From Schaalia meyeri (GTDB lineage: Bacteria; Actinomycetota; Actinomycetes; Actinomycetales; Actinomycetaceae): DNA of 32,000 nucleotides. Every line of letters begins with the position of its first letter. The stretch's first letter is position 1. The notes under the pieces are model-generated. The model was not told the origin of the DNA and searched no databases. It worked only from the letters and a program-made list of their open reading frames with translations. Of this stretch, positions 1 to 8,990 are shown one piece after another. Location: NCBI RefSeq assembly GCF_900105015.1, contig NZ_FNLK01000005.1:300001-332000 (forward strand), in the 5' to 3' direction. A program made the position numbers and the translations under genes.

Positions 1-173
1 ATGCGACGCATCGGGGTGAAACGCCAGTCTTCCTCACGGCCCCTCGGAACGGCGATGTCATCCAGGTTGAAGGAGGTTGGCCGATCACCGCGTGAGGAAT
101 GCGCCGCGGTCTGTGGGCCCCCGTGCGAGTGGGCCTTGTTCATGGTTTCGACGATAGTGTTGGGGGTTGTCAT
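1..173 (-). CDS. sufD: Fe-S cluster assembly protein SufD, N-terminal fragment (gene continues past the left edge)
   Basis: Not in the ORF track (57 codons). The reverse complement of 1-173 reads MTTPNTIVETMNKAHSHGGPQTAAHSSRGDRPTSFNLDDIAVPRGREEDWRFTPMRR. The SF..D...VP.GREE.WRFTP.RR block matches the SufD N-terminus as I recall it from mycobacterial Rv1462. Its ATG (171-173) overlaps the sufB stop (173-175) as ATGA. Its position after sufB fits the sufR-B-D-C order. Confidence 0.75.
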   Translation of the reverse strand, partial: MTTPNTIVETMNKAHSHGGPQTAAHSSRGDRPTSFNLDDIAVPRGREEDWRFTPMRR

Positions 174-1618
174 CAGCCGACGGATCCTTCCATCTGCAGT
201 TCAATGAGGCGGTTGAGCTCGAGAGCGTACTCCATGGGCAGTTCCTTCGCGATCGGCTCGACAAAGCCGCGCACGATCGTCGCCATCGCCTCGTTCTCGG
301 ACAGGCCTCGGCTCATGAGGTAAAAGAGCTGGTCGGCGCTCACCTTAGAAACGGTGGCCTCATGTCCCATCTCGACGTCGTCCGTGCGCACGTCAACGTA
401 GGGGTAGGTATCGGTACGCGAAACCTTATCCACCAGCAGCGCGTCGCACAGAACGTTCGACTTGGAGTGGCGCGCGCGAGCGTTGACCTGGACCAGACCG
501 CGGTAGGAGGTGCGGCCGCCGCCGCGCGACACTGACTTCGAAACAATAGAAGACGAGGTACGGGGCGCCATGTGCACCATCTTCGCGCCCGTATCCTGCT
601 GCTGCCCGGGGCCTGCGAAGCCGATGGACAGGGTCTCACCGCGGGCATTTTCGCCCATCAAGAAGCACGCGGGGTACTTCATGGTGATCGCGGCACCCAT
701 GTTGCCGTCCACCCACTCCATGGTTCCGCCCTCTTCGACGACCGAGCGTTGGGTCACGAGGTTCAGCACGTTCGTCGACCAGTTCTGAATCGTCGTGTAG
801 CGCACTCGCGCGTCCTTCTTCACGAAGATCTCGATGACGCCGGAGTGCAGCGAATTCGCGTCATAAATGGGTGCCGTGCATCCCTCGACGTAGTGGACGT
901 AGGAGCCCTCGTCGGCGATGATGAGCGTACGTTCAAACTGGCCCATTGCCTGCGTGTTAATACGGAAGTAGGCCTGAAGCGGGATCGTGACGTGAACGCC
1001 CTTGGGAACATAGACGAAAGAGCCGCCTGACCACGCCGCCGTGTTCAGCGCCGAGAACTTGTTGTCGCCAGCGGGGACGCACTTGCCGAAGTATTCTTCG
1101 AAAATCTCGGGGTGTTCGCGCAGGCCGGTATCCGTGTCGGTGAAGATAACACCCTGTCGCTCCAAATCCTCCTGAATCTGCTGGTAGACAACCTCAGACT
1201 CGTACTGAGCAGCGACGCCGGACACCAGGCGAGCCTTTTCCGCCTCGGGGATACCAAGTCGGTCGTAGGTGTCACGAATCTCTTCGGGCAGGTCCTCCCA
1301 ATCGTTCACCTGATGATCCGTCGGGCGCACGTAGTATTTGAACGCGTCAAAATCAACGTGGGACAGGTCGGGACCCCACGTTGGCATGGGTTTGCGCTCG
1401 AAAAGTTCCAGCGCCTTCAGGCGCCGCTCCCGCATCCATTGTGGCTCTTCCTTCACCTCGGAGATGAACCGGACAATTTTTTCATTTATGCCGGTGGGAA
1501 CATCCTTCGAATATTCGTCGGAGTCGTGCCAGCCGTATTCGTATTTGCCGATCGAACCGATGATCTCGTCGTCGGTCATACGACGGTCATCAGCGCCCGC
1601 GGCGGGTGCCTGCGTCAT
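173..1618 (-). CDS. sufB: Fe-S cluster assembly protein SufB
   Basis: The C-terminal 481 aa of the 652-aa track ORF 173..2131 are unmistakably SufB (KYEYGWHDSDEYS..., GGSFVYVPKGV, HSKSNVLCDALL, YLMSRGLSENEA). I chose the start at Met172 (MTQAPAAG), codon at 1616-1618. The upstream 171 aa are Arg/Ser/Pro-rich junk overlapping sufR in another frame. Confidence 0.95.
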   Translation of the reverse strand: MTQAPAAGADDRRMTDDEIIGSIGKYEYGWHDSDEYSKDVPTGINEKIVRFISEVKEEPQWMRERRLKALELFERKPMPTWGPDLSHVDFDAFKYYVRPTDHQVNDWEDLPEEIRDTYDRLGIPEAEKARLVSGVAAQYESEVVYQQIQEDLERQGVIFTDTDTGLREHPEIFEEYFGKCVPAGDNKFSALNTAAWSGGSFVYVPKGVHVTIPLQAYFRINTQAMGQFERTLIIADEGSYVHYVEGCTAPIYDANSLHSGVIEIFVKKDARVRYTTIQNWSTNVLNLVTQRSVVEEGGTMEWVDGNMGAAITMKYPACFLMGENARGETLSIGFAGPGQQQDTGAKMVHMAPRTSSSIVSKSVSRGGGRTSYRGLVQVNARARHSKSNVLCDALLVDKVSRTDTYPYVDVRTDDVEMGHEATVSKVSADQLFYLMSRGLSENEAMATIVRGFVEPIAKELPMEYALELNRLIELQMEGSVG

Positions 1619-1649
1619 TGTTGTATCAACCTCTCGTTTTATCTGTGTG

Positions 1650-2345
1650 CTACTTGCGTCGCACGTTCCGCGCGCCCGGGCGGATGAGTGGCATCCCCAC
1701 CGGGATGTGGGTGGTGCACACGTGTCCTCCGCCCGCGAGCGTGGAAAGTCTCTGGACGTGTACGTCGAGGAGCTTGCCAAAGGCAATGGTCTCGGCGTCG
1801 CACAGCTGCGGGAAGTCCCCCGCCACGTTCTGAATGGGGCAATGGCCCTGGCACAGCTGGACGGCGAGGGTTCCTCCCCCGATGTCGCGCACCGTGGCCG
1901 CGTATCCGTCCTGCGTGAGCGCGTCGGCGAGCGCCTGAGCACGAACGCGAGGATCCGATCCTGCGTCGCGCACGATGGGCGCGTAGCGTCGTTCGATTTC
2001 GCGTGAGCGTGCGGCCGCGAACGATTCGACGGCTTCCTCTCCCCCGAGCTGCCCGAGGTAGCCAAGCGCTTTCGAGGCGAGGTCGGAGTAGCCTTCCGCC
2101 AGGTGGACGTGTGCGCGTTCCGTGGCGACATAGTGGCGCGCGGGTCGGCCTCGTCCGCGTTTTGAGGGGGCGCTGGGCTCGCGCTCAGCGATCTCCTTGG
2201 ATTCCAACAAAAGGGTGATGTGGCGTCGAACGGCTGCCGTTGTCAGGCCCAGCACTTTAGCGATTGCCGAGGCCGTCACAGGTCCCTTTTCGACGATGAG
2301 ATCGAGCACTTGCTGCCGAGTTGTGGCGTCCGCTTCTTCTGCCAC
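1650..2345 (-). CDS. sufR: SufR-type winged-helix (ArsR/DeoR-like) transcriptional regulator of the suf operon
   Basis: 231 aa with an N-terminal wHTH (QQVLDLIVEKGPVTASAIAKVLGLTTAAVRRHITLL). The C-terminal part has spaced cysteines (CQGHCP ... CDAE ... CTTH) plausible for a Fe-S sensor. It lies immediately upstream of sufB, as in actinobacterial sufRBDCSU clusters (Rv1460 position). Confidence 0.8.
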   Translation of the reverse strand: MAEEADATTRQQVLDLIVEKGPVTASAIAKVLGLTTAAVRRHITLLLESKEIAEREPSAPSKRGRGRPARHYVATERAHVHLAEGYSDLASKALGYLGQLGGEEAVESFAAARSREIERRYAPIVRDAGSDPRVRAQALADALTQDGYAATVRDIGGGTLAVQLCQGHCPIQNVAGDFPQLCDAETIAFGKLLDVHVQRLSTLAGGGHVCTTHIPVGMPLIRPGARNVRRK

Positions 2346-2420
2346 GTCTCCTCCGCTCCGGCGTGCATTTCGCGCGCCTTTGTGTGCTTCTCTCTGAAAA
2401 AGAGTCTACGCTAATTTCGA

Positions 2421-2448
2421 TAGATAGGCGTTGCGAAAAGCATGTCAA
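2421..2448 (-). promoter_or_regulatory. Candidate sigma-70-type promoter for sufR-sufB (TTGACA-16 nt-TATCTA on the minus strand)
   Basis: The minus strand reads TTGACAtgcttttcgcaacgccTATCTA. The -35 is at 2443-2448 and the -10 at 2421-2426, about 75 nt upstream of the sufR ATG, in a locally AT-richer stretch. This is motif inspection only. Confidence 0.35.
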
Positions 2449-2498
2449 GGTGTTACTCGCCCCACAAGTTTCAGGACTAAGGACCTAGCGGATAGTCA

Positions 2499-3155
2499 TC
2501 ACCGAAACCAGGGAGCGTCCGCGTGCCGCAGCCCTTCCCAGCAACGACCTCGCGCCGCGCTCGCGGCCAAGATACCGATGACTGCGGAAGGGCTGTGCAG
2601 TCGTCCAGCCATCACCATCTCGAGCGCCTCAGAGAGGCTGACCCACGCGTATTCCATCATGGATTCCTCGTCCGTACGCGCGAAGCTGGTCCCGGCGGGT
2701 TCCAGGCGTCGTGCGAGAAAGACGCGCAGGGGTTCCGTCGTTCCTCCAGGCGAGGTGAAGAAGTCGACGAGTACGCCCCATTGCCTGGCCTTCAGGTCGG
2801 TTTCCTCGGCGAGTTCACGCTCGGCGGCTACCAGGGGATCCTCGCCGGGAATGTCAAGGAGTCCGGCGGGAATCTCCCAGAGCAACGCATTCACGGGATG
2901 ACGGTACTGGCGCAAAAGGAGGATCTCCTCGCGCCCCGCCTCTCCACGCAACGCAACAACGGCGACCGCACCCGGGTGACGGGTGTACTGACGCACGACG
3001 GGCCCTTCACCGTCAACGACCGCGACGCGGTCCTCCACCACGTCAACGATGCGGCCGCTCCACACGGTCTCGCTGGAGGCAACCGAGCGGGCGGTTCGCT
3101 CGTCGGCGATTTCTAAGGCCTGGGCACTGGACAGGAAACGCATACTCACTGTCAT
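2499..3155 (-). CDS. NUDIX hydrolase (ADP-ribose pyrophosphatase-like)
   Basis: 218 aa with a clear Nudix box, GLLDIPGEDPLVAAERELAEETDL (GX5EX7REUXEEXGU). It resembles the NUDIX gene (Rv1700 position) that follows pyrG in the mycobacterial recN-pyrG neighbourhood. Confidence 0.85.
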   Translation of the reverse strand: MTVSMRFLSSAQALEIADERTARSVASSETVWSGRIVDVVEDRVAVVDGEGPVVRQYTRHPGAVAVVALRGEAGREEILLLRQYRHPVNALLWEIPAGLLDIPGEDPLVAAERELAEETDLKARQWGVLVDFFTSPGGTTEPLRVFLARRLEPAGTSFARTDEESMMEYAWVSLSEALEMVMAGRLHSPSAVIGILAASAARGRCWEGLRHADAPWFR

Positions 3156-3448
3156 TCCTTTCCGTTGGTGGGGGATAAGTATCGGCTCACGTGCCGCCCG
3201 CGCGGGGCTCGCGAATCAAAACGGCCTCGTTGAAAACAAAGCGACCCGAGCCGCAGCATAGTATAGGCCCCGCTCGCATGGGTAGGCTTGACGATGCCGA
3301 CGAAGCCACCCAGGGCCGGAATACCCGAAGCCGCCGGATCACAGGCCTTCGACGATGCCCGTATTCGCTGGGTGCTGCAACGTTGGTGCGGCGCGCATTG
3401 ATCCAGATGAGGTCACCGGGCCCGGGGCGGACCGCTCCGCCGAGTGAA

Positions 3449-4339
3449 CTACTTGACGTTGGGGATGACGGACTGTGCGCCGTTACCCACGCCGAACGCG
3501 CGTGCTCCCGATCCGTTTTGAGACAGGGCAAGGGCTGTGGCGACAGCCGCCAGCGTCGTGCCGACCGAGTCGACCGTCGTGACCGACGTGCCGGAGCCGC
3601 GAAGCTGCGTCACCATCGCGTCGCGAGAAGAAGCATCGCCGACGACCACGCCCGACGTTGAGCCGATAGCCTGAGCCAGACCAACCCACGCGTCTGAACT
3701 CTTCGTCACCGCAGCAGGAGAGGCGGAGGAAAGCGTCGTCTGCGCGCGCGGTCCGATCGCAACGAGCTTCGTCGCGCTGCCAGCTGGCTCCTCATCAATC
3801 CTCATGATCGGGGTGGACTCATCCGTGAGAATCTGCCGCAGCAGATCGGTCTCAGCTCCCGAGGCGGAAAGAACCTGTGCGATGGAGTAGCCGACGATCC
3901 CGTCCGCGCTGGCGGTCTTCGTTGCGCTTGAGGCAAGGTGCGACGCCAGGGTCGTTGACAGCGTGGTGCGGTACTGGTTCATCGAGGTCGACTCCCAGTT
4001 GTCGGTCAGAGTAACACGACCGACAACGCTTGCTCCCGCATCTGTCAGGGTCGAGCGAATGGAGGCCACGTCATCGTCAGATGCACCGGGAAGAACCAGG
4101 AGGGAAACTTGCGAACCGGCAAGGGAGCCTGTCAGTTTCGACGAGGCCAGTGCCTTCAGACCCGCGGCCTCCGCGTCAGCCTGCGCGCTCAGCGTGGGAT
4201 CGGCGGCCGCGCTCGTTCCAGTGGAACCAACGCCCTGGTGAATCCGACTCTGCAGAGGACCAGCGCCGAGCACAACGCCAACGGCCAGCGCGACAAATAT
4301 TCCGATGATTGAAACGACATGGTAACGGAAGTTAATCAT
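3449..4339 (-). CDS. MctB/SteB-family (DUF3186, annotated 'copper transporter') membrane-anchored protein
   Basis: The N-terminus MINFRYHVVSIIGIFVALAVGVVLGAGPLQ is the hallmark start of this family, followed by an Ala/Ser/Thr-rich extracytoplasmic part. Its start overlaps the steA stop (ATGA at 4336-4339). Same position as Rv1698 / C. glutamicum SteB. Confidence 0.8.
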   Translation of the reverse strand: MINFRYHVVSIIGIFVALAVGVVLGAGPLQSRIHQGVGSTGTSAAADPTLSAQADAEAAGLKALASSKLTGSLAGSQVSLLVLPGASDDDVASIRSTLTDAGASVVGRVTLTDNWESTSMNQYRTTLSTTLASHLASSATKTASADGIVGYSIAQVLSASGAETDLLRQILTDESTPIMRIDEEPAGSATKLVAIGPRAQTTLSSASPAAVTKSSDAWVGLAQAIGSTSGVVVGDASSRDAMVTQLRGSGTSVTTVDSVGTTLAAVATALALSQNGSGARAFGVGNGAQSVIPNVK

Positions 4340-5481
4340 TGGGTTCCTCCAGCAACGTGCGTGAGCGACGAGAACAAAGAAGTGATGGGGCGCAGCAGGT
4401 CATTGCCCCAGGGGGTGGTCCACAGGGCGACACCCATCAGGGCGATCGCGACCAATGCCAGGAGTACCAGTGTCCAGCCGCGCGGTCGCGGACGGAACGT
4501 GGCCGCAACCGCCTGCGCGCCAATCAGACGCGATCCGAGCGCCATACGCGAAAAGAAAGCCGGGGCCACCAAAGAGCGACCGGCGTCAACGAGCTCCGCC
4601 TCGCCGTAGGACACCCCGGCGGTAACGACCGCAGTCGCGCTCGAATGCGCCGCCGCAACGATTGCGGCATCGAGCGATGTGCCGGCCATGGCAATCCGTT
4701 CGTACACGATACCCATGCGGTTCAGGCGCTCAGCTCCCGGCGCCAGGCCGTCGCCGCCGACGCGCACGATAAACGAGCGCGCGCATCGAATAGCCTTCTC
4801 GCTCATCAGGTCCGCGTCACCGACCACGACATCAAGAGGGAGATGAGCCTTCAGGGCGATGTCGGCGCCCGCATCCACGGCGACGACAAAAGGAGCCGCC
4901 TCGAACCGCCAGCGTGCCAGTGCGCGTAGCTCTCCAGCGGCCTCGGAGGAACCCGTTACCAGCAGGATCGGCCTCTTGCCAACGCTGGGCAGCTCGGGCA
5001 CATCCACGCCGCGTAGAACGGTGGCTCCATCCTTTGCCAGATAGTCTTCGATCGATCCCTCGAAGCCCGCGAAAAGAGCGGCCGAATCAGCGATCTCGAC
5101 ATCCAGGTCCCGGTACGTGACGGCGGCTCCGGTCGCGATGAGCGTACCGTCGATGAGGACCTTTCCTCCTCTCACCGTCACGCGCTGTCCCTCGCGCAGC
5201 GTCATGATGTCCTGCCCCAGGTCATCCACCAAAGCGATGCCGGCGTCAAGGATGAGCCTCGGACCCATCGCACGAACGCGTCCCGTTAACGATGGTTGCG
5301 CGTTGAGTACTGCGGCGGGAGCAGCTGCCACCAGGGCCTCGGCACTCTCACGATCCAGATCCGCGACATTGATGACGGCGATGTCGCCGTCCTCTAGGCG
5401 CGTGGCCAAGTGCTTGGGGCGATCATCGATGCGCACCCGCCCCGACCGCACGGTTGATTCCTTCGAAAGTGTCTCACTCAT
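4336..5481 (-). CDS. steA: Putative cytokinetic ring protein SteA (thiamin-pyrophosphokinase-like fold, C-terminal TM)
   Basis: 381 aa. GRVRIDDRPKHLATRLEDGDIAVINVADLDRESAEALVAAAPAAVLNAQPSLTGR aligns with my recollection of Rv1697/SteA. There is a C-terminal hydrophobic segment (WTLVLLALVAIALMGVALW). ATGA overlap with the recN stop at 5478-5481. Confidence 0.85.
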   Translation of the reverse strand: MSETLSKESTVRSGRVRIDDRPKHLATRLEDGDIAVINVADLDRESAEALVAAAPAAVLNAQPSLTGRVRAMGPRLILDAGIALVDDLGQDIMTLREGQRVTVRGGKVLIDGTLIATGAAVTYRDLDVEIADSAALFAGFEGSIEDYLAKDGATVLRGVDVPELPSVGKRPILLVTGSSEAAGELRALARWRFEAAPFVVAVDAGADIALKAHLPLDVVVGDADLMSEKAIRCARSFIVRVGGDGLAPGAERLNRMGIVYERIAMAGTSLDAAIVAAAHSSATAVVTAGVSYGEAELVDAGRSLVAPAFFSRMALGSRLIGAQAVAATFRPRPRGWTLVLLALVAIALMGVALWTTPWGNDLLRPITSLFSSLTHVAGGTQ

Positions 5482-7154
5482 CCCTGTGATTGTGACACGG
5501 CAGAGGCTAAGACGTGCGAAGCGTGACGGCGCGCCGTCTTCGAGTGCGGATCCCCACCCATCATGCGGGTCAATTCCGCCTCGCGGTCCCCGCCGCGCAC
5601 TTCGCGCACACTCGTCGTCCCGTCACGTTTTTCGATCACCAGGTGCTGGTCACCAAATGCAGCCACCTGGGCGAGATGGGTCACGACGATGACCTGGCGG
5701 GACGCGGCGAGGCGCTTGAGGCGGGCACCTACCTCGGTGGCGGTCTGCCCTCCGATTCCAGCGTCGACCTCGTCAAAAATGAACGTGGACGAAGCCTCGG
5801 TACGCCCGAGCATCAGCTCAAGCGCAAGCATTACGCGTGACAGTTCACCGCCGGAGGCTCCCTGGCCGAGCGGCCGGGCGGGCGCATGCGGGTGGGGTTG
5901 AAGCCTAAATGTCACCGTCTCGCAGCCGTGCGAAGTCGGCTTCGTTGCTTCCATATCAATACGGAGGGTTGCATCCGGCATCGCCAGGGCATGCAGTTCC
6001 TCGTTGACGCCGCACGCAAGCTCCTCCGCCAGGCGGCTGCGAGATTGCGTCACGAGTCGACCGCACGCAAGCACACGCTCCTGAGCAGCGGCGAGCTCGC
6101 GTTCGACAGCCTGTGGATCCGAGTGCGGCGAAGACAGCCGTGCCAGGCGCTCTCTCGCCTCATCCGCCCACCGAAGCAGAGATTCAACATCGGCCGCGCG
6201 GCCTCGCAGGGCATTCTTGATCGCCGCGCGGCGTTCGTGAATCTGCGCCAGGCGCTGCGGATCCGCATCGAGACGCGACAGGTAGGACGAGACGTCGTCT
6301 ACGAGGGCTTCCATCTCAAGCACTTGACTGCGGGCACGATCAACCAGCTCGGCCGCGGCCTCGTCAAATCGCGCAGCCTCATCTAGCTGCACGTGGGCGC
6401 TGCGGGCGGCCTCAACCGCACCCGTGTAACCTTCCCGTTCGTCCCCAGCAAGATATCCGACGGCCGCACCCATCAGCGCGCGCAGGTCCTCAACGTTAGT
6501 TAGGCGAGCAGCCTCACGGGCGAGCTCCTCGTCTTCGCCCGGTTGCGGGTCAAGCTCCTCGATCTGGGCGAGCGCGGTTCGCAGGTCCTCCATCTCCTCC
6601 GCACGCTCATGAGCGTGCGTTCGCAACGAATCAAGCCGCTGCTTGGCTTCGACCGCTGCGCGGAATGCCCTGCGGTATTCGTCCAGCAACTCGCCGTGCG
6701 CGGAGCCACCGAACTCATCGAGCGCGTTTCGTTGCGCTGCCTCCCCGGTGAGGCGGATCTGATCAGACTGACCGTGAATCGTCACCATCGAACCGACGAT
6801 GTCGGATAGGACGGAGGCGGGAACCGGACGAGACCCCATGTGTGCCCGTGAGCGACCGACAGCGCGAACAGAACGTCCGACAATCAGTTCACCGCCCTCG
6901 ACAACGCCGCCAGATTCCTCCACACGCGATTCAACGTGCGGGGGTACAGCGAAGATCCCGTCAACGGAGAGACGATCCTCGCCGTTGCGCACCAAGGCCG
7001 TGTCGGCACGTGCGCCCAGCAGCAACTGTAGGCTGGACAGAACCATCGTCTTGCCAGCGCCCGTCTCTCCCGTCACGACGACTAATCCACGCCCGAATTC
7101 GACGTGCGCGGACGCAATCACGCCAAGATTTGCAATGTCGAGGGATTCAATCAC
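5478..7154 (-). CDS. recN: DNA repair protein RecN
   Basis: SMC-like protein with a Walker A (VVTGETGAGKT), a long coiled-coil middle and a C-terminal signature/Walker B (SGGELSRVMLAL...FIFDEVDAGIGG). The track ORF starts at 7172 (MEGWPA). I prefer the GTG at 7152-7154, which gives (M)IESLDIANLGVI, the usual RecN N-terminus, and a GTGA overlap with the nadK stop. That matches the coupling seen at every other junction in this operon. Confidence 0.93.
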   Translation of the reverse strand: MIESLDIANLGVIASAHVEFGRGLVVVTGETGAGKTMVLSSLQLLLGARADTALVRNGEDRLSVDGIFAVPPHVESRVEESGGVVEGGELIVGRSVRAVGRSRAHMGSRPVPASVLSDIVGSMVTIHGQSDQIRLTGEAAQRNALDEFGGSAHGELLDEYRRAFRAAVEAKQRLDSLRTHAHERAEEMEDLRTALAQIEELDPQPGEDEELAREAARLTNVEDLRALMGAAVGYLAGDEREGYTGAVEAARSAHVQLDEAARFDEAAAELVDRARSQVLEMEALVDDVSSYLSRLDADPQRLAQIHERRAAIKNALRGRAADVESLLRWADEARERLARLSSPHSDPQAVERELAAAQERVLACGRLVTQSRSRLAEELACGVNEELHALAMPDATLRIDMEATKPTSHGCETVTFRLQPHPHAPARPLGQGASGGELSRVMLALELMLGRTEASSTFIFDEVDAGIGGQTATEVGARLKRLAASRQVIVVTHLAQVAAFGDQHLVIEKRDGTTSVREVRGGDREAELTRMMGGDPHSKTARRHASHVLASAVSQSQG

Positions 7155-7981
7155 CGCGGGCCATCCCTCCATCCGCGCACCGGCAGGTTGAACTTGCGCA
7201 CCAGGCGGGCAGAAAATGGCGTGTCGTCCACCCGGACCAGACGCACCGGAGAGGATCCGACACGTGCGCGAACAACCGCGCCCGCCGGAACAGTCATCCG
7301 GCGTAAGCCGTCACACCACATCTCCGGAGAGGTCCACATGTCGTCCAGAACGACGATCTCCACGCAGGCGGATGGTCCGACGACGAGGGGGCGCGTAAAC
7401 AAACCGTGGGCAGCGAGCGGCGCGACCACGATCGCTTCCGTGTCCGGCCACACAACAGGCCCTCCAGCCGAGAATGAGTATGCCGTCGACCCTGTTGGCG
7501 TCGACAGAATCATGCCGTCTGCGCCGTAGGTGGACACTTCCTGGCCGTCGACCACCAGCGCAAAATGAACGGGGTGTGCGACGTCCGTGTGCATGATCAC
7601 CGCCTCGTTGAGAGCCCAGTCGTCAGCCGAGGACCCGTCGGGACGTTCCATGGTCACGTCCAACGTCATGCGCTGCTCGACCGTAAAGTCACCCTCCGCG
7701 ATCTTTCGCGCGAGGTCGCCCGTACCCCTCTCGCCCAGTTCCGTCAGGAATCCCATGTGCCCGGCATTGACGCCGAGGAGTGGCACCCCCAGCGCTCGCG
7801 CGCTCGATGCGGCGGACAAGAACGTGCCGTCGCCACCGATCGAAAGCACCATGTTGATGCCACCCGCTGAGATGTCGTCGACGATCTCGATCCCGCGCTG
7901 TCCGAGCGCCTTCGACAGTGTGGCGGCGCTGGTGATCGCGTTAGGACGGTGACGGTGGCGCACCATCAGGATTCGAGTCAT
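7151..7981 (-). CDS. nadK: NAD(+) kinase
   Basis: 276 aa with the GGDGT motif (VLSIGGDGTFL) and a typical NAD kinase C-terminal half (STPTGSTAYSFSAGGP). ATGA overlap with the tlyA stop at 7978-7981. Rv1695 (ppnK) position. Confidence 0.92.
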   Translation of the reverse strand: MTRILMVRHRHRPNAITSAATLSKALGQRGIEIVDDISAGGINMVLSIGGDGTFLSAASSARALGVPLLGVNAGHMGFLTELGERGTGDLARKIAEGDFTVEQRMTLDVTMERPDGSSADDWALNEAVIMHTDVAHPVHFALVVDGQEVSTYGADGMILSTPTGSTAYSFSAGGPVVWPDTEAIVVAPLAAHGLFTRPLVVGPSACVEIVVLDDMWTSPEMWCDGLRRMTVPAGAVVRARVGSSPVRLVRVDDTPFSARLVRKFNLPVRGWRDGPR

Positions 7982-8805
7982 AACGTACCTCCAGCGGGCC
8001 CAGCGGCGACCACCCGACGAATATAGCCGGTCAGGTCCAACGGATCAATTGGCGTCGGGTGGGAGCGACGCATATGAATGAAATATTCGATGTTTCCGCT
8101 AGGTCCCGGCAATGGTGAAGCTAAAACGGCGGCGATGTCGAGTCCGAGGCCTATCGCGCAGCGGGCGACTTTCTCGACGGTCTCAACGTGATGCTCGGGG
8201 TTGCGCACGACTCCCCCATGCCCCAGCCGCTCCTTACCGATCTCAAACTGCGGTTTGACCATGAGCAGAAAATCGGCGTCCGGCGCGGCTGCCGCGACCA
8301 GGGCCGGCAGCACGAGCGTCAGGGAGATGAACGACATATCCCCCACGATCAGCTCGGGAGGAGGGGCGATGGACGCGGGGTTAAGCGTTCGTACGTTCGT
8401 CCGATCATGCACCTCGACGCGGGGGTCGCTCTGCAGTTTCCACGCGAGCTGCCCGTAGCCGACGTCAACGGCAACGACGGACGCTGCGCCGCGTCGCAGC
8501 AAAACGTCCGTAAAACCGCCGGTGGAGGCACCCGCATCAAGTACTCGGCGGCCCTCGATACGTGGCGCCTTCTCTCCGAGGGCGTCCAAGGCGCCGGCGA
8601 GCTTATGTGCCCCACGGGAAACGTACTCGGGATCATCCGACTGAGCGACGACGATCGCCTGCGCCGGATCCATCTGGCGTGCCGGTTTCATCACGACCTG
8701 TCCGTCAAGCTTGACCCGTCCTTCTTCGATCATGTGTGCCGCCGCGGAACGAGACTTCGCGATGCCTCGACGCACCATTTCAGAGTCGATTCGTCGCAGC
8801 TTCAC
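7978..8805 (-). CDS. tlyA: TlyA-family 16S/23S rRNA (cytidine-2'-O)-methyltransferase
   Basis: 275 aa with an N-terminal S4 domain (RIDSEMVRRGIAKSRSAAAHMIEEGRVKLDG) and an FtsJ-like SAM motif (VLDAGASTGGFTDVLL). Position upstream of nadK-recN as Rv1694. Confidence 0.9.
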   Translation of the reverse strand: MKLRRIDSEMVRRGIAKSRSAAAHMIEEGRVKLDGQVVMKPARQMDPAQAIVVAQSDDPEYVSRGAHKLAGALDALGEKAPRIEGRRVLDAGASTGGFTDVLLRRGAASVVAVDVGYGQLAWKLQSDPRVEVHDRTNVRTLNPASIAPPPELIVGDMSFISLTLVLPALVAAAAPDADFLLMVKPQFEIGKERLGHGGVVRNPEHHVETVEKVARCAIGLGLDIAAVLASPLPGPSGNIEYFIHMRRSHPTPIDPLDLTGYIRRVVAAGPAGGTL

Positions 8806-8990
8806 GACTCATCCCTCCCACGGGCCGAAGGCTCGGCTGCTCCTGACAAAATCTCTGTGCCAGGATGGGCGCCAGCGGGCAGCGCCCGACGCAGGTCAGC
8901 CTCAATGGCCCGGAGCGTCGCGACCTGCGTCTGTGCGCCGAGCTCATCGAAGCCGACCAAGCGCGCTTCCGTCTGTTCACGCAGGCTCAT
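8802..8990 (-). CDS. Small conserved-position hypothetical protein (62 aa)
   Basis: Track ORF MSLREQTEARLVGFDELGAQTQVATLRAIEADLRRAL... Its ATG shares one base with the upstream TGA (TGATG at 8988-8992), and its stop overlaps the tlyA ATG (ATGA at 8802-8805). A roughly 60-aa ORF (Rv1693) sits at the same place in M. tuberculosis as I recall. No recognisable domain. Confidence 0.5.
   Translation of the reverse strand: MSLREQTEARLVGFDELGAQTQVATLRAIEADLRRALPAGAHPGTEILSGAAEPSARGRDES

Noticed and set aside
173-2131. N-terminal extensions of track ORFs: sufB (652 aa), pheS (27059..28540, 493 aa), map (28851..30074, 407 aa), argG (to 23240), argH (to 20450), pheT (to 27075), and the flavodoxin-like gene (to 24412)
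   Set aside because: The extensions are Arg/Ser/Pro-rich and overlap the neighbouring gene. They precede an internal Met where homology begins, usually with a Shine-Dalgarno-like sequence upstream.
3187-3531. 114-aa minus-strand ORF and 156-aa plus-strand ORF (3191..3661) in the mctB-NUDIX gap, considered as a pyrG remnant
   Set aside because: No frame shows any CTP synthase motif. Both ORFs overlap the 3' end of the MctB/SteB-like gene, and their composition is Arg/Pro/Ser-rich.
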